This document shows positions 29,707 through 39,359 of a stretch of 64,000 bases of DNA, one piece after another (the stretch's first letter is position 1; each line of letters starts with the position of its first letter). Both the position numbers and the translations under genes were made by a program. The notes beneath the pieces were generated by a model that was not told the origin of the DNA, did not search any database, and was given only the letters and a program-made list of their open reading frames with translations. This DNA is from Albibacterium sp. (GTDB taxonomy: Bacteria; Bacteroidota; Bacteroidia; Sphingobacteriales; Sphingobacteriaceae), in contig DAIRDA010000001.1 of the NCBI GenBank assembly GCA_036796375.1, positions 36 through 64,035 on the forward strand. Direction: 5' to 3'.

Positions 29707-30771
29707 ATGGATTCAGGAGCGGAATACTTCAAGGGGCGAGGTTCACAGGTCAATCCCAATAATAAATTCCTCGGGAAGAAATACGAACGTTTGTTTGAAG
29801 AAGGAATTGACGAGGCGATGCTGTGTGATGAAAAAACCAAGTTCTACGCGGATAACCCCCGTAAAATCATCAGTGAAAATAAGAGTCCGGATCTTTCCTT
29901 CATGCGCTCGATCAATCCATATCAGGGTTGTGAACACGGCTGTATCTATTGTTACGCACGAAATTCGCACGAATATTGGGGTTTCAGTGCCGGGCTCGAC
30001 TTTGAGCGGAAAATCATGGTGAAGCATCATGCTCCGAAACTTCTTGAAAAAGCGTTCAATGCGAAAAATTACGAAGCCAAAACGATCGTTCTTTCCGGAA
30101 ATACCGATTGCTACCAACCGATCGAACGGAAATTGAAAATTACCCGTTCCTTGCTTGATATCTTCCGCCGGTATCACCATCCGGTATCGATCATTACGAA
30201 AAATAATTTGATTTTACGCGATTGCGATATTTTACAGGACCTGGCAGCGGAGAATCTGGTAAGCATAGCCATCACCATCAATTCGCTGAACGAAGAGCTC
30301 CGGCAGAAAATGGAGCCGCGGACGGTAACTGCGAAAGGCCGGTTACGAGTGATAGAAAGGCTCAGTGAAGCGGGGATACCGGTTATGCTGATGTGTGCGC
30401 CTATTATCCCGGGTCTGAATAGCGATGAGATTCCTCAAATCATTAAATCCGCTGCAGATGCGGGTGCCCGTACGGCATCCTTTACCATGGTGCGGCTGAA
30501 CGGTGCTGTTGGTGATATCTTCGTCGATTGGGTAAGAAAGACTTATCCGGACCGCGCTGATAAGGTACTGCACTCCATTATGGATACGCATGGCGGCCAG
30601 CTGAATGATTCTGATTGGGGCAGCCGCATGAAGGGTACCGGCGTACTGGCCGAGAGTATTCACTCACTATTCCGGCTGGCTAAGAGAAAATATATGCCCG
30701 AAAATTCGTCCATGGATTTACGTACCGATCTTTTCCGACCGAACAGCGGCAGGCAACTGAATTTATTCTGA
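29707..30771 (+). CDS. radical SAM protein (PA0069 / SPL-like family)
   Basis: 354 aa with the CxxxCxxC cluster CEHGCIYCYAR. Confidence 0.85.
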   Translation: MDSGAEYFKGRGSQVNPNNKFLGKKYERLFEEGIDEAMLCDEKTKFYADNPRKIISENKSPDLSFMRSINPYQGCEHGCIYCYARNSHEYWGFSAGLDFERKIMVKHHAPKLLEKAFNAKNYEAKTIVLSGNTDCYQPIERKLKITRSLLDIFRRYHHPVSIITKNNLILRDCDILQDLAAENLVSIAITINSLNEELRQKMEPRTVTAKGRLRVIERLSEAGIPVMLMCAPIIPGLNSDEIPQIIKSAADAGARTASFTMVRLNGAVGDIFVDWVRKTYPDRADKVLHSIMDTHGGQLNDSDWGSRMKGTGVLAESIHSLFRLAKRKYMPENSSMDLRTDLFRPNSGRQLNLF

Positions 30772-30833
30772 TTGGAAATTTTCCCTCCGGAAATTTTATT
30801 ACCTTTCCGAAAATTCAAAAAAAGACAGCATTC

Positions 30834-31469
30834 ATGCAAGAATACATCCTTTATACACCGGTTGCCAGTATGATCCTAGTATTTACGTTGGTGACCAGTG
30901 TCTATGCCTTTTCCAATCCAGAATTATTCGGCAAGTTTATGTTGCATCCTTACAGCGTGGCCCGACGAAAAAACATTCATACGGTGCTTACAAGCGGCAT
31001 TATTCACCGCGACTGGATGCACCTGGCCTTTAATATGCTCACCTTCTTCTTCTTTGCTTTTCCGCTTGAGCGGGTATTGGCACAGCTAAGCAGCTGGGGA
31101 CATGCTCAATTTTTCCTGATCTACCTTCTTGCCTTAATTCTCAGTGATGTCCCTACCATTTTCAGACATAAAAATAATTATGGTTACCACAGTTTAGGCG
31201 CCTCGGGTGCGATTTCCGCTGTACTTTTCAGCTATATTCTTTTCAACCCAACGATGTCGCTATATTTATTTTTTATCCCGATTCCCATCCCTGCCATTAT
31301 TTTCGGTCCGCTTTACCTGGTATACTGCGCCTGGGCTTCCAATGCTGCCCGGGATACCATCAACCATGACGCCCATTTATATGGTGCGCTGACCGGCCTG
31401 GCGCTCACCATACTGCTTTATCCGGGTATTATTCCTGTATTTATCGAACAGGTTCGGGCTATGCTATAA
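30834..31469 (+). CDS. rhomboid family intramembrane serine protease
   Basis: 211 aa with HRDWMHLAFNM and the catalytic GASGAISAV. About 6 transmembrane segments. Confidence 0.85.
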   Translation: MQEYILYTPVASMILVFTLVTSVYAFSNPELFGKFMLHPYSVARRKNIHTVLTSGIIHRDWMHLAFNMLTFFFFAFPLERVLAQLSSWGHAQFFLIYLLALILSDVPTIFRHKNNYGYHSLGASGAISAVLFSYILFNPTMSLYLFFIPIPIPAIIFGPLYLVYCAWASNAARDTINHDAHLYGALTGLALTILLYPGIIPVFIEQVRAML

Positions 31470-32462
31470 GCCGCCGGCCGATGCTGGAAGGTTTAAATCT
31501 TCTCTTTCTATAAATTTACCTTCTGGACCGGTCAGAAACGATAACGGATTTTCAGGATCCTTGATAATTTCAAATAAGGTTAGCCCCCAAGGCTTCCAGA
31601 AATTCTCAAGCACTTGTCCGTATGTCTTCGCCTGAAAATAGTCGAATAAAGGCCGGTTATCGCTTCCGAAAAGTGACATAGGTTCAATGTAGACTTTCTG
31701 GCCAACAGATGTCACAATATATTCGGGCAAGCGGTTAAAAAGATAGCAGGAGTAAAAGAAACGGGCACATATTTCTTCGAATTGAATAGGATGCAATATA
31801 TGACCCGCTGAAGCCTCTAAAATTTCCTGATGATACTTAGCGTTCGCACCATTATCCTGAAGGCAGGCAATGATCCCCAAATCGCGTATGCGAAGTGAAA
31901 ACACAAGGGTATTAATTTCATCACGATAATTGTAGGTCTTTTCGGGATTATCTACGGGATAGATCATAATCGTGAATGGGTTAACCGCCTCGAATTCGGT
32001 TTCGCGGATCAGCGACTGCAGCATCAGGTGGAGATGGCTGAACTTATGGACCAGCGTCTGTGAAAAATTCATCGCTTCGCCGCTTTGCCTCTGTTGTTCG
32101 ATGCCTGCCTGAATCTCATTAAATATAATTCCATACACCCATTTACCGATCCACTGAAAGAGCCGGACCTGGTCGAGGGCCTGAACGCCGGAGAAACCTT
32201 TCTGGAATGCCTGATAAATTTCATCATCCAGTTGAGTTAGCTGCTCAAAAACCGTCGGGGAACAAGGCAATTTCAAATCGCTGTATTTTCGATAGCTTTC
32301 ATCGAGCATCTTGAAAACCTGTTCGCCTATCTGATGCTCCTCCAGAATCCACGCCGGAAAAACGGAATAATGGAGAGGAACTTCCAACGGAACTCCACTC
32401 AGAAAACAGGTATTTTCGTCGAACAAGAATTTATCAAAGGGATTATATAGTGAACTTTCCAT
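31464..32462 (-). CDS. hypothetical protein, no recognisable domain
   Basis: 332 aa counted from the ATG at 32462. The GTG at 32480 lies upstream of the -7 box. No signal peptide or transmembrane segment. Confidence 0.6.
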   Translation of the reverse strand: MESSLYNPFDKFLFDENTCFLSGVPLEVPLHYSVFPAWILEEHQIGEQVFKMLDESYRKYSDLKLPCSPTVFEQLTQLDDEIYQAFQKGFSGVQALDQVRLFQWIGKWVYGIIFNEIQAGIEQQRQSGEAMNFSQTLVHKFSHLHLMLQSLIRETEFEAVNPFTIMIYPVDNPEKTYNYRDEINTLVFSLRIRDLGIIACLQDNGANAKYHQEILEASAGHILHPIQFEEICARFFYSCYLFNRLPEYIVTSVGQKVYIEPMSLFGSDNRPLFDYFQAKTYGQVLENFWKPWGLTLFEIIKDPENPLSFLTGPEGKFIEREDLNLPASAGGL

Positions 32463-32468
32463 AGGGAT

Positions 32469-32476
32469 CAAAGGTA
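32469..32476 (-). promoter_or_regulatory. -7 promoter box TACCTTTG (hypothetical 332-aa gene)
   Basis: Exact TAnnTTTG on the minus strand, 6 nt upstream of the ATG at 32462. Confidence 0.5.
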
Positions 32477-32551
32477 GCACTTATGTGCTTTTCAAAGTGT
32501 CAGTCGAAAGTTGAAATAAAAACGATAAATTCGCAACAGACATTAGATGAC

Positions 32552-32992
32552 ATGAAAACACAAATTCATTTTTTTTCTGAAGACACCGATTATAGGCTTA
32601 AACAAAAGACAGTCCTGAGAAAATGGATAAGCGAGACAATTAAACACGAGGAACACCGCGTGGGCGAGCTGAACTTTATTTTTTGCTCGGACGAATATCT
32701 TCTTAGCATCAACCAGGAATATCTGAACCACGACACCTTTACCGACATCATTACATTCGACAACAGCGATACAGCGAAGGTAATATCGGGCGACATCTTT
32801 ATCAGCATCCCACGGGTTAAGGAGAATGCCTCGAATCTGGGCGTGGAAGAACCAGAGGAATTACGACGTGTTATTATTCACGGAGTGCTTCATCTGGCCG
32901 GATACTTCGATAAGTCGAAAACAGACAAGGCTCTGATGACCGAAAAAGAGGATTATTACCTTTCCAGATTTCATCAGATTACAATAGACTAA
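32552..32992 (+). CDS. ybeY: rRNA maturation endoribonuclease YbeY
   Basis: HGVLHLAGYFD zinc motif. I prefer the ATG at 32552, which gives a typical 146 aa. Confidence 0.9.
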   Translation: MKTQIHFFSEDTDYRLKQKTVLRKWISETIKHEEHRVGELNFIFCSDEYLLSINQEYLNHDTFTDIITFDNSDTAKVISGDIFISIPRVKENASNLGVEEPEELRRVIIHGVLHLAGYFDKSKTDKALMTEKEDYYLSRFHQITID

Positions 32993-32996
32993 AAAA

Positions 32997-33022
32997 GCCG
33001 CTCTAAATCAGAGCGGCTTTTT
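32997..33022. terminator. bidirectional rho-independent terminator (GCCGCTCT / AGAGCGGC, A-tract upstream, T5 downstream)
   Basis: Perfect 8-bp GC-rich stem between convergent ybeY and the zinc peptidase gene. Confidence 0.75.
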
Positions 33023-33047
33023 ATATTGGCAGTATGTGTTTGAGCGA

Positions 33048-33734
33048 TTACTCGCGATTACCCAGGAGCATGCTAGCATAATAAACCAGTGTTGCGAGGG
33101 AGGCAAGGGCAGCTACTACGTAAGTCATAGCAGCCCATTTTAGTGCATCTTTGGCACCACTGTGCTCAATGCTGTTGGCCATGATGCCAGGATTCAACTC
33201 AAGCCACGCAAGTGCCCGATTCGAAGCATCAAATTCGACAGGTAGCGTGATAAAAGTAAAGGCAGTTGTAATGGCAAGAGCACCGACCCCAATAGCCAGC
33301 AGTAGCGGGTTCCCCGAAAAGAAGAACATCATTACACCTATAAACAGCACAACAGAAGTCATCTGCGAAGCGATATTCACCAGTGGGACTACTGCTGAAC
33401 GCAAGGTAAGCCATGAGTAAGCCTTGGCATGCTGAACAGCATGTCCGCATTCGTGAGCAGCAACAGCGGCTGCAGCTACACTTCTGCCTTCGTACACTTC
33501 AGGACTCAGGTTTACAGTCCGGTCGGCCGGATTATAGTGATCGGATAATTTCCCTTGTGAAGACAAAACCTGAACATCGAATATTCCATTGTCGTGAAGC
33601 ATTTTTAAAGCAATGTCTTTCCCGCTCATACCGCTTGCAAGCGGCGTCTCCGAATACTTCTTAAATTTGTTCTTAAACTTCCACTGCACTCCAAAACTGA
33701 TGATTGCAATGGCTATAAATAATATCATTCCCAT
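33048..33734 (-). CDS. membrane zinc metallopeptidase (YugP / Zn_peptidase_2 family)
   Basis: 228 aa with HECGHAVQH, plus N- and C-terminal transmembrane segments. Confidence 0.85.
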   Translation of the reverse strand: MGMILFIAIAIISFGVQWKFKNKFKKYSETPLASGMSGKDIALKMLHDNGIFDVQVLSSQGKLSDHYNPADRTVNLSPEVYEGRSVAAAAVAAHECGHAVQHAKAYSWLTLRSAVVPLVNIASQMTSVVLFIGVMMFFFSGNPLLLAIGVGALAITTAFTFITLPVEFDASNRALAWLELNPGIMANSIEHSGAKDALKWAAMTYVVAALASLATLVYYASMLLGNRE

Positions 33735-33877
33735 AATTGTCTTTTTTCTAGATGGTTTTCAAATAATGTACCACTGTAAAACTAGTGCATTTCCGACGCA
33801 TTTTCATTCATTCTTCGTAAAAATATGGTCATTTGTGCCAAAATGACCGGAACATTTTACTGCAAAAACATTTTTAC

Positions 33878-33885
33878 TATCTTTG
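33878..33885 (+). promoter_or_regulatory. -7 promoter box TATCTTTG (rmuC)
   Basis: Exact TAnnTTTG. ATGs follow at +2 nt (33888) and +20 nt (33906). Confidence 0.5.
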
Positions 33886-33905
33886 AAATGCTAATTATTT
33901 TATCA

Positions 33906-35249
33906 ATGGACGCTCTGCATATTCTCTTTATTCTCATTATTCTGGCACTGTTGCTGGCCTATTTTATCGGTAAAAAACGAGACGATAAGGAAGCTACAGA
34001 TACTTCGCTGCTCCTGGCCAGGAAGGAACAGGAGGTAACGAGCCTTCAGGCAGAAAAGGCTTCGCTGCAGGCTGCATTGAGAGCAGACATTGAGGAGCTT
34101 AAATCGGAATTAAACCAAGAGCGGGAGCGTTACATGGATAGTGAGCGCAGACTGGAGAAGATACAGTCGTACTTTACGGCACAAAGCCAGAAAGTAGCCG
34201 ATCAAAAAGCAGAACTTTCAGAACTTAAAAGCCAAATGACCAAAGAGTTTGAACTGATCGCCAATAAAATACTGCAGGATAAATCCGATCGGTTCAGCGA
34301 ATCGAGTCACAAAAGTCTTTTCCAGATTTTGGATCCATTTAAGGAAAACCTGAAGACGTTTGAGGAGAAGGTAGACCGCGTGTATCATGAGGAATCGAAA
34401 GACCGTAATTCATTGAAAGGAGCAGTTGCCTTGCTTATAGAACAGAGCAAACAAATACAGGATGAGGCCAGTAATCTAACCAAAGCGCTAAAAGGGGATA
34501 ATAAAAAACAGGGAAACTGGGGCGAGGTGATATTAGAAAAAGTACTGGAACGTTCTGGCCTGGTTAAAGATCGCGAGTACCGGCTGCAGGCTAGTTTTAC
34601 GAACCAAACGGGTCAGCGTGTTCAGCCCGATGCAATTATAGACCTGCCTGATGAAAAGAACCTGGTCATCGATTCAAAAGTGTCGTTAGTGGCTTATGAG
34701 CGATGGATTAATGCGGATGACGAGGCCGAAAGGACTGCTCATGCCCGACAGCACCTTCTTTCGGTCAGGACGCATGTTACGGAACTTTCGGCTAAAAACT
34801 ACTGTGACCTCTACCAGATTAATTCGCCGGACTTTGTACTACTTTTTATTCCCATTGAATCGTCTTTTAGCTTATCGGTGAGTCTGGATAACGATCTATT
34901 TAACTTTGCCTGGGATCGTAGGGTGGTGATTGTAAGCCCTTCTACCCTGTTGGCTACCTTGCGTACAATCGCTGGTTTGTGGAAACAGGAGCGGCAAAAC
35001 CGCAATGTACTGGAAATAGCGCGGGAAGCCGGCCTGCTATATGATAAGTTTGTAGGCTTTACCGAGGATATGGATAAGGTTGAAAAGCAGATTCATCAGT
35101 TAGCACGTACGCATGAGGAGGCCCGGAAGAAACTCGAAACAGGGCGGGGAAATGTGATGTCGAAAATGGAAAAATTAAAGATCTTGGGTGCCAGAACTAC
35201 CAAAGAACTGGACCCAAAATATATGGATGAAGAGACACTGTTGCCTTAG
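33906..35249 (+). CDS. rmuC: DNA recombination protein RmuC
   Basis: N-terminal transmembrane segment, a coiled coil, and a C-terminal RmuC nuclease-like domain. The start is ambiguous (33825, 33888 or 33906). I chose 33906 from the promoter box position. Confidence 0.85.
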   Translation: MDALHILFILIILALLLAYFIGKKRDDKEATDTSLLLARKEQEVTSLQAEKASLQAALRADIEELKSELNQERERYMDSERRLEKIQSYFTAQSQKVADQKAELSELKSQMTKEFELIANKILQDKSDRFSESSHKSLFQILDPFKENLKTFEEKVDRVYHEESKDRNSLKGAVALLIEQSKQIQDEASNLTKALKGDNKKQGNWGEVILEKVLERSGLVKDREYRLQASFTNQTGQRVQPDAIIDLPDEKNLVIDSKVSLVAYERWINADDEAERTAHARQHLLSVRTHVTELSAKNYCDLYQINSPDFVLLFIPIESSFSLSVSLDNDLFNFAWDRRVVIVSPSTLLATLRTIAGLWKQERQNRNVLEIAREAGLLYDKFVGFTEDMDKVEKQIHQLARTHEEARKKLETGRGNVMSKMEKLKILGARTTKELDPKYMDEETLLP

Positions 35250-36286
35250 CCTTTCAGCGAATTCCAGCCTTGCGCTTTTAGCGGATGGACTTTATTGGAT
35301 TTCGATATCATTTCGCATCCTGCATCTGGCTCGGTAATATGACCGATAACGGTTATATCGAGCAAACCCTTTACCTTTTCAAAATCTTCCTGCCTGATTG
35401 TGAACAGAAGCTCATAATCCTCTCCCCCGTTCAAGGCACATACGGTTGGATCTATTCCAAAGTTGAAAGCGGTGTCGTAAGTCATCTGATCAATGGGAAT
35501 CTTATCTTCGTAGATTTTACATCCTTTGCTAGACTGCTTACAAATATGAAGAACTTCTGACGCCAGACCATCCGACACGTCGATCATTGAAGTAGGCAGT
35601 ATATCTTTCTCAGCTAATAATTCAACGATATCCTTTCTTGCTTCTGGCTTCAACTGACGCTCTACGATATAATCTTTACCCTCCAGGTCGGGTTGGATGT
35701 GTGGGTTTTCCAGGAAAATAGCTTTTTCTCTTTCCAATAATTGCAAACCCATATAGGCGCCACCTAAATCGCCTGTAACGCATATAAGATCGCCCTCACC
35801 TGCGCCGTTACGGTACACAATTTTGGATTCTTCTGCGAAACCGATGCTTGTAACGCTGATAACCAGTCCCTGCTTGGATGCCGATGTATCGCCTCCAACT
35901 AAGTCGACGTTGTACTTCTTACAGGCGATTAAGGCTCCTTCATAAATTTCTTCTACGGCCTCAAGCGGAAATTTGCTGGAGAGACCGATGGAGAAAGTTA
36001 CCTGGGATGCCATGCCGTTCATCGCGTATATATCACTTAGATTGACTTGTACAGCCTTATAACCCAAATGTTTAAGGGGAACATACCTCAAGTCGAAGTG
36101 AACACCCTCTAACAGGAGGTCAGTAGATATTAACGTTTTATAAGAAGAAAAATCCAATACAGCAGCATCATCTCCGATACCCTTTACCGTTGATTTTTGT
36201 TCAAGCTGAATGGCCCTGGTGAGGTGATCTATCAAACCAAACTCACCGAGTTCTTCCAGATTTGTTCTGTCTTTATTATCAAACAT
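35246..36286 (-). CDS. thiL: thiamine-monophosphate kinase
   Basis: 346 aa with GIGDDAAVL and an AIR-synthase-like fold pattern. Confidence 0.9.
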   Translation of the reverse strand: MFDNKDRTNLEELGEFGLIDHLTRAIQLEQKSTVKGIGDDAAVLDFSSYKTLISTDLLLEGVHFDLRYVPLKHLGYKAVQVNLSDIYAMNGMASQVTFSIGLSSKFPLEAVEEIYEGALIACKKYNVDLVGGDTSASKQGLVISVTSIGFAEESKIVYRNGAGEGDLICVTGDLGGAYMGLQLLEREKAIFLENPHIQPDLEGKDYIVERQLKPEARKDIVELLAEKDILPTSMIDVSDGLASEVLHICKQSSKGCKIYEDKIPIDQMTYDTAFNFGIDPTVCALNGGEDYELLFTIRQEDFEKVKGLLDITVIGHITEPDAGCEMISKSNKVHPLKAQGWNSLKG

Positions 36287-36295
36287 ATATTTTCT

Positions 36296-37294
36296 TTATA
36301 ATCCTAAGCGTGATGAAATTTCAAGCATTCGTTCAATGGGTTTCCGCGCTCGTTGAATTACGTTTTGATCAAGATCTATCTCCGGCAATTCGTACTTCAT
36401 ACAGTTATACAGCTTTTCAAGGGTATTCAATTTCATATGCGGACAGTCGTTGCAGGCACACGCATTATTTGGAGGAGCTGGTATAAACTTTTTGTCAGGA
36501 CTCGCTTTCTGCATTTGGTGAATAATACCGCTTTCAGTTGCTACGATAAACGTGGAGGCCGGATTTTCACGTGTATACTTCAGCAGGCCTGACGTTGAAC
36601 CAATGTAATCGGCGTTCTCAAGGATGTGCTTTTCGCATTCCGGGTGAGCAATCATTTTTGCATCCGGATACTCCATGCGTAAGGCATTTATTTTATCGTG
36701 CGAGAATATTTCGTGTACCATACAGGCGCCATTCCAAAGCACAATATTCTGTCTGCCTGTCTTTCTTATCACATAGTCGCCTAAATTCTTGTCGGGTCCG
36801 AAAATTATTTTCTGATCGGCTGGTAAACTTTCAACGATTTGAACGGCGTTGGAGGAAGTACATACGATATCGCTCAGTGCTTTTAACTCAGCCGTGCAAT
36901 TGACATAGGTAATAACCAAATGATCAGGGTATTTCTCCTTAAATTTAGCGAATAGATGCGGCGGACAACTGTCAGATAAAGAACAGCCTGCCTTCAAGTC
37001 AGGAAGAAGTACTTTCTTCTGGGGTGAAAGTATCTTAGCCGTTTCGGCCATGAAATGGACTCCTGCAAAGACGATGATATCAGCTTCCGTTTTGGCTGCT
37101 TCTTGCGATAAGCCCAAACTATCTCCAATATAATCTGCTACATCCTGAATATCAGACTCCTGATAATAGTGTGCCAGGATCACGGCATTTTTTTTCTTCT
37201 TAAGTTCTAATATGGCATTCACCAGATCGAACGAGGGGTCGATTGCTGCATCGATATAACCTTTCTCGTTCAGATCCAAATCATAAGTTTCCAT
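36296..37294 (-). CDS. nadA: quinolinate synthase
   Basis: 332 aa. The NadA pattern is conserved throughout ([28 protein letters not shown]). Confidence 0.95.
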   Translation of the reverse strand: METYDLDLNEKGYIDAAIDPSFDLVNAILELKKKKNAVILAHYYQESDIQDVADYIGDSLGLSQEAAKTEADIIVFAGVHFMAETAKILSPQKKVLLPDLKAGCSLSDSCPPHLFAKFKEKYPDHLVITYVNCTAELKALSDIVCTSSNAVQIVESLPADQKIIFGPDKNLGDYVIRKTGRQNIVLWNGACMVHEIFSHDKINALRMEYPDAKMIAHPECEKHILENADYIGSTSGLLKYTRENPASTFIVATESGIIHQMQKASPDKKFIPAPPNNACACNDCPHMKLNTLEKLYNCMKYELPEIDLDQNVIQRARKPIERMLEISSRLGL

Positions 37295-37316
37295 TGGTAT
37301 GTTTTAAATCTCATTA

Positions 37317-37324
37317 CAAAAGTA
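37317..37324 (-). promoter_or_regulatory. -7 promoter box TACTTTTG (nadA)
   Basis: Exact TAnnTTTG on the minus strand, 22 nt upstream of the nadA ATG. Confidence 0.55.
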
Positions 37325-37474
37325 CGCAAAGAAAATGAATTCAAATTTTCAGGATGCTAACAGAGACAACAACAATAATATTCTTTTTATATAAAGATCT
37401 TTTATTGTTTATTAGGGTGTTGGTAATGTTTGTAAGAAGGAGGGATTAAATTTTGAAAACTGACTTTGGTTTTC

Positions 37475-37494
37475 TTATTAACAGTTTATTAACA
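37475..37494. promoter_or_regulatory. direct repeat TTATTAACA-n2-TTATTAACA in the nadA/nadB spacer (candidate operator)
   Basis: Two exact 9-mers with starts 11 bp apart. The context is AT-rich, so chance occurrence is possible. Confidence 0.25.
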
Positions 37495-37657
37495 TTAATT
37501 TTAAAGTAAAGCATTGAATATAAGGTGCGTTTAATAATGCTGTTTTTATTTTCGATAGTTTTATGTGAATCTTTTGTGCTGTCAAGATTGGTGATAACCT
37601 GGCTGTTTTTGTTCGATAACTTCGCATTGAGATGTAGACAATGGGGCGGGATGAGCG

Positions 37658-37681
37658 TATTCGTCGGGGTCGTGACGAATA
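37658..37681 (+). promoter_or_regulatory. hairpin TATTCGTC-GGGGTCGT-GACGAATA about 87 nt upstream of nadB
   Basis: Perfect 8-bp stem read directly. It is the only GC-containing structure in an AT-rich spacer. Function unknown. Confidence 0.25.
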
Positions 37682-37767
37682 ACCAACGATTAGTTCACAG
37701 AAAATTCACACCTTTATGTAGGTTATCCACTGAAATATTTAAGAAATAAATAAAATATACTTTTCAA

Positions 37768-39354
37768 ATGAATAATGTAGACTTTCTGGTAGTCGGTTCG
37801 GGAATAGCAGGTTTAAGTTTTGCTTTAAAAGCTGCCCAACACGGTAAGGTTCTTATCATTACGAAATCGAATGAAGATGAGTCGAATACCAAGTACGCAC
37901 AGGGCGGTGTTGCCGCGGTTGTGGATAAGTCTGACTCGTTTGATAAGCATATTGCTGATACTCTGGTCGCTGGAGACGGTTTATGCGATAAAAAAATTGT
38001 GGATATCGTGGTGAAAGAAGGTCCCTCCCGTATAGACGATATTATAGCCTATGGTACTTCTTTTGACAAAACGATTAAGGGACATTACGACCTTGCCAAA
38101 GAGGGTGGTCATTCGGAGCATCGTATTTTACATTATAAGGATATTACCGGGTTTGAGATAGAGCGTGCTTTGCTCGCAAAAGTTCATGAGAATGAAAATA
38201 TTGAGATCTTAACCCACTACTTTGCGATCGATTTTATTACCCAGCATCATCTGGGCGAATATGTCGGGAAGAATTCAAGCGATATACGCTGTTATGGAGT
38301 GTATGCCTTAAATACAGTTAAAAATACGGTTGAAAAATTTTTAAGTCGTGTTACGGTCATTGCCAGTGGTGGAGCGGGTCATATTTATTCGAGCACTACG
38401 AACCCGGTCATTGCAACAGGTGACGGTATTGCGATGGTTTATCGAGCGAAAGGTAAGGTACGTAATATGGAGTTTATACAGTTCCATCCGACGGCTTTGT
38501 ACAACCCAAGTGAGTATCCTGCTTTCTTAATTTCAGAAGCTCTAAGAGGGTTTGGAGCTATACTAAGGAGGCTCAATGGTGAAGAGTTTATGTATGACTA
38601 TGATCAGCGGGGTTCATTGGCACCCCGTGATATCGTAGCCCGTGCAATCGATGCGGAGATGAAGAAATCGGGTGAAGATTATGTTTACCTTGATATTACT
38701 CACAGGAGTAAGGAGGAGCTTCTGAGGCATTTTCCTAATATTTATGCCAAATGCCTGACCATCGGAATTGATTTGACAAAGGATTATATACCGGTGACAC
38801 CGGCGGCTCACTACCTCTGTGGAGGTATCTTGGTTAATGAAGTAGGTCAGACGACCATTGATGGGCTCTATGCTTGTGGGGAATGTGCTTCAACTGGATT
38901 ACACGGAGCCAATCGGTTGGCGTCCAATTCTTTGCTTGAAGCGGCTGTTTTTGCTCACCGGATTTTTGAAGATGCCGTACAGCGGTTCCGTTCCTTTTCG
39001 ATACCCGACAATATACCCGATTGGGATTCCTCCAATACACAACTTTCCAATGAAGATATTCTGGTAGTGCATAATTTAAGGGAAACGCAGAAGATTATGA
39101 GTGATTATGTGGGTATTGTACGCTCTGACTTCAGACTAGAAAGGGCTATGAGGCGTTTAGGTCTGTTATATGAAGAAACTGAAAGCTTCTACAAGAATAC
39201 TTGTCTTTCTGTCAAGTTATGTGAGTTAAGAAATGTGATTCAGGTAGCCTATATCGTTATCAAAAGTGCCATGTTGCGGAAAGAGAGCCGTGGTCTCCAT
39301 TATACGACAGATTACCCGACCCATGCTGACGAAATTAAAGATACAATTTTTTAA
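37768..39354 (+). CDS. nadB: L-aspartate oxidase
   Basis: 528 aa with FAD motif VVGSGIAGLS, HYLCGGI and RGLHYT. Confidence 0.95.
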   Translation: MNNVDFLVVGSGIAGLSFALKAAQHGKVLIITKSNEDESNTKYAQGGVAAVVDKSDSFDKHIADTLVAGDGLCDKKIVDIVVKEGPSRIDDIIAYGTSFDKTIKGHYDLAKEGGHSEHRILHYKDITGFEIERALLAKVHENENIEILTHYFAIDFITQHHLGEYVGKNSSDIRCYGVYALNTVKNTVEKFLSRVTVIASGGAGHIYSSTTNPVIATGDGIAMVYRAKGKVRNMEFIQFHPTALYNPSEYPAFLISEALRGFGAILRRLNGEEFMYDYDQRGSLAPRDIVARAIDAEMKKSGEDYVYLDITHRSKEELLRHFPNIYAKCLTIGIDLTKDYIPVTPAAHYLCGGILVNEVGQTTIDGLYACGECASTGLHGANRLASNSLLEAAVFAHRIFEDAVQRFRSFSIPDNIPDWDSSNTQLSNEDILVVHNLRETQKIMSDYVGIVRSDFRLERAMRRLGLLYEETESFYKNTCLSVKLCELRNVIQVAYIVIKSAMLRKESRGLHYTTDYPTHADEIKDTIF

Positions 39355-39359
39355 ATATT

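Noticed and set aside
30772-30833. Repeated GGAAATTTT / CGAAAATTC motifs upstream of the rhomboid gene
   Set aside because: Short, imperfect and in a 62-bp AT-rich spacer. It cannot be distinguished from chance.
37525-37749. 74-aa ORF (GTG start) in the nadA/nadB spacer with a hydrophobic N-terminus
   Set aside because: It lies in very AT-rich DNA where hydrophobic codons (TTT, ATT, TTA) arise by composition. It has no ATG start and no promoter box, and it reads through the hairpin at 37658-37681. I cannot exclude it, but I treat the region as regulatory.
37295-37767. Class I NAD+ riboswitch (nadA motif) upstream of nadA or nadB
   Set aside because: I could not find the tandem bulged-stem domains with their conserved C-rich and ACG elements as I remember the motif. 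The nadA leader is only about 20 nt. A covariance-model scan would be needed to be sure.
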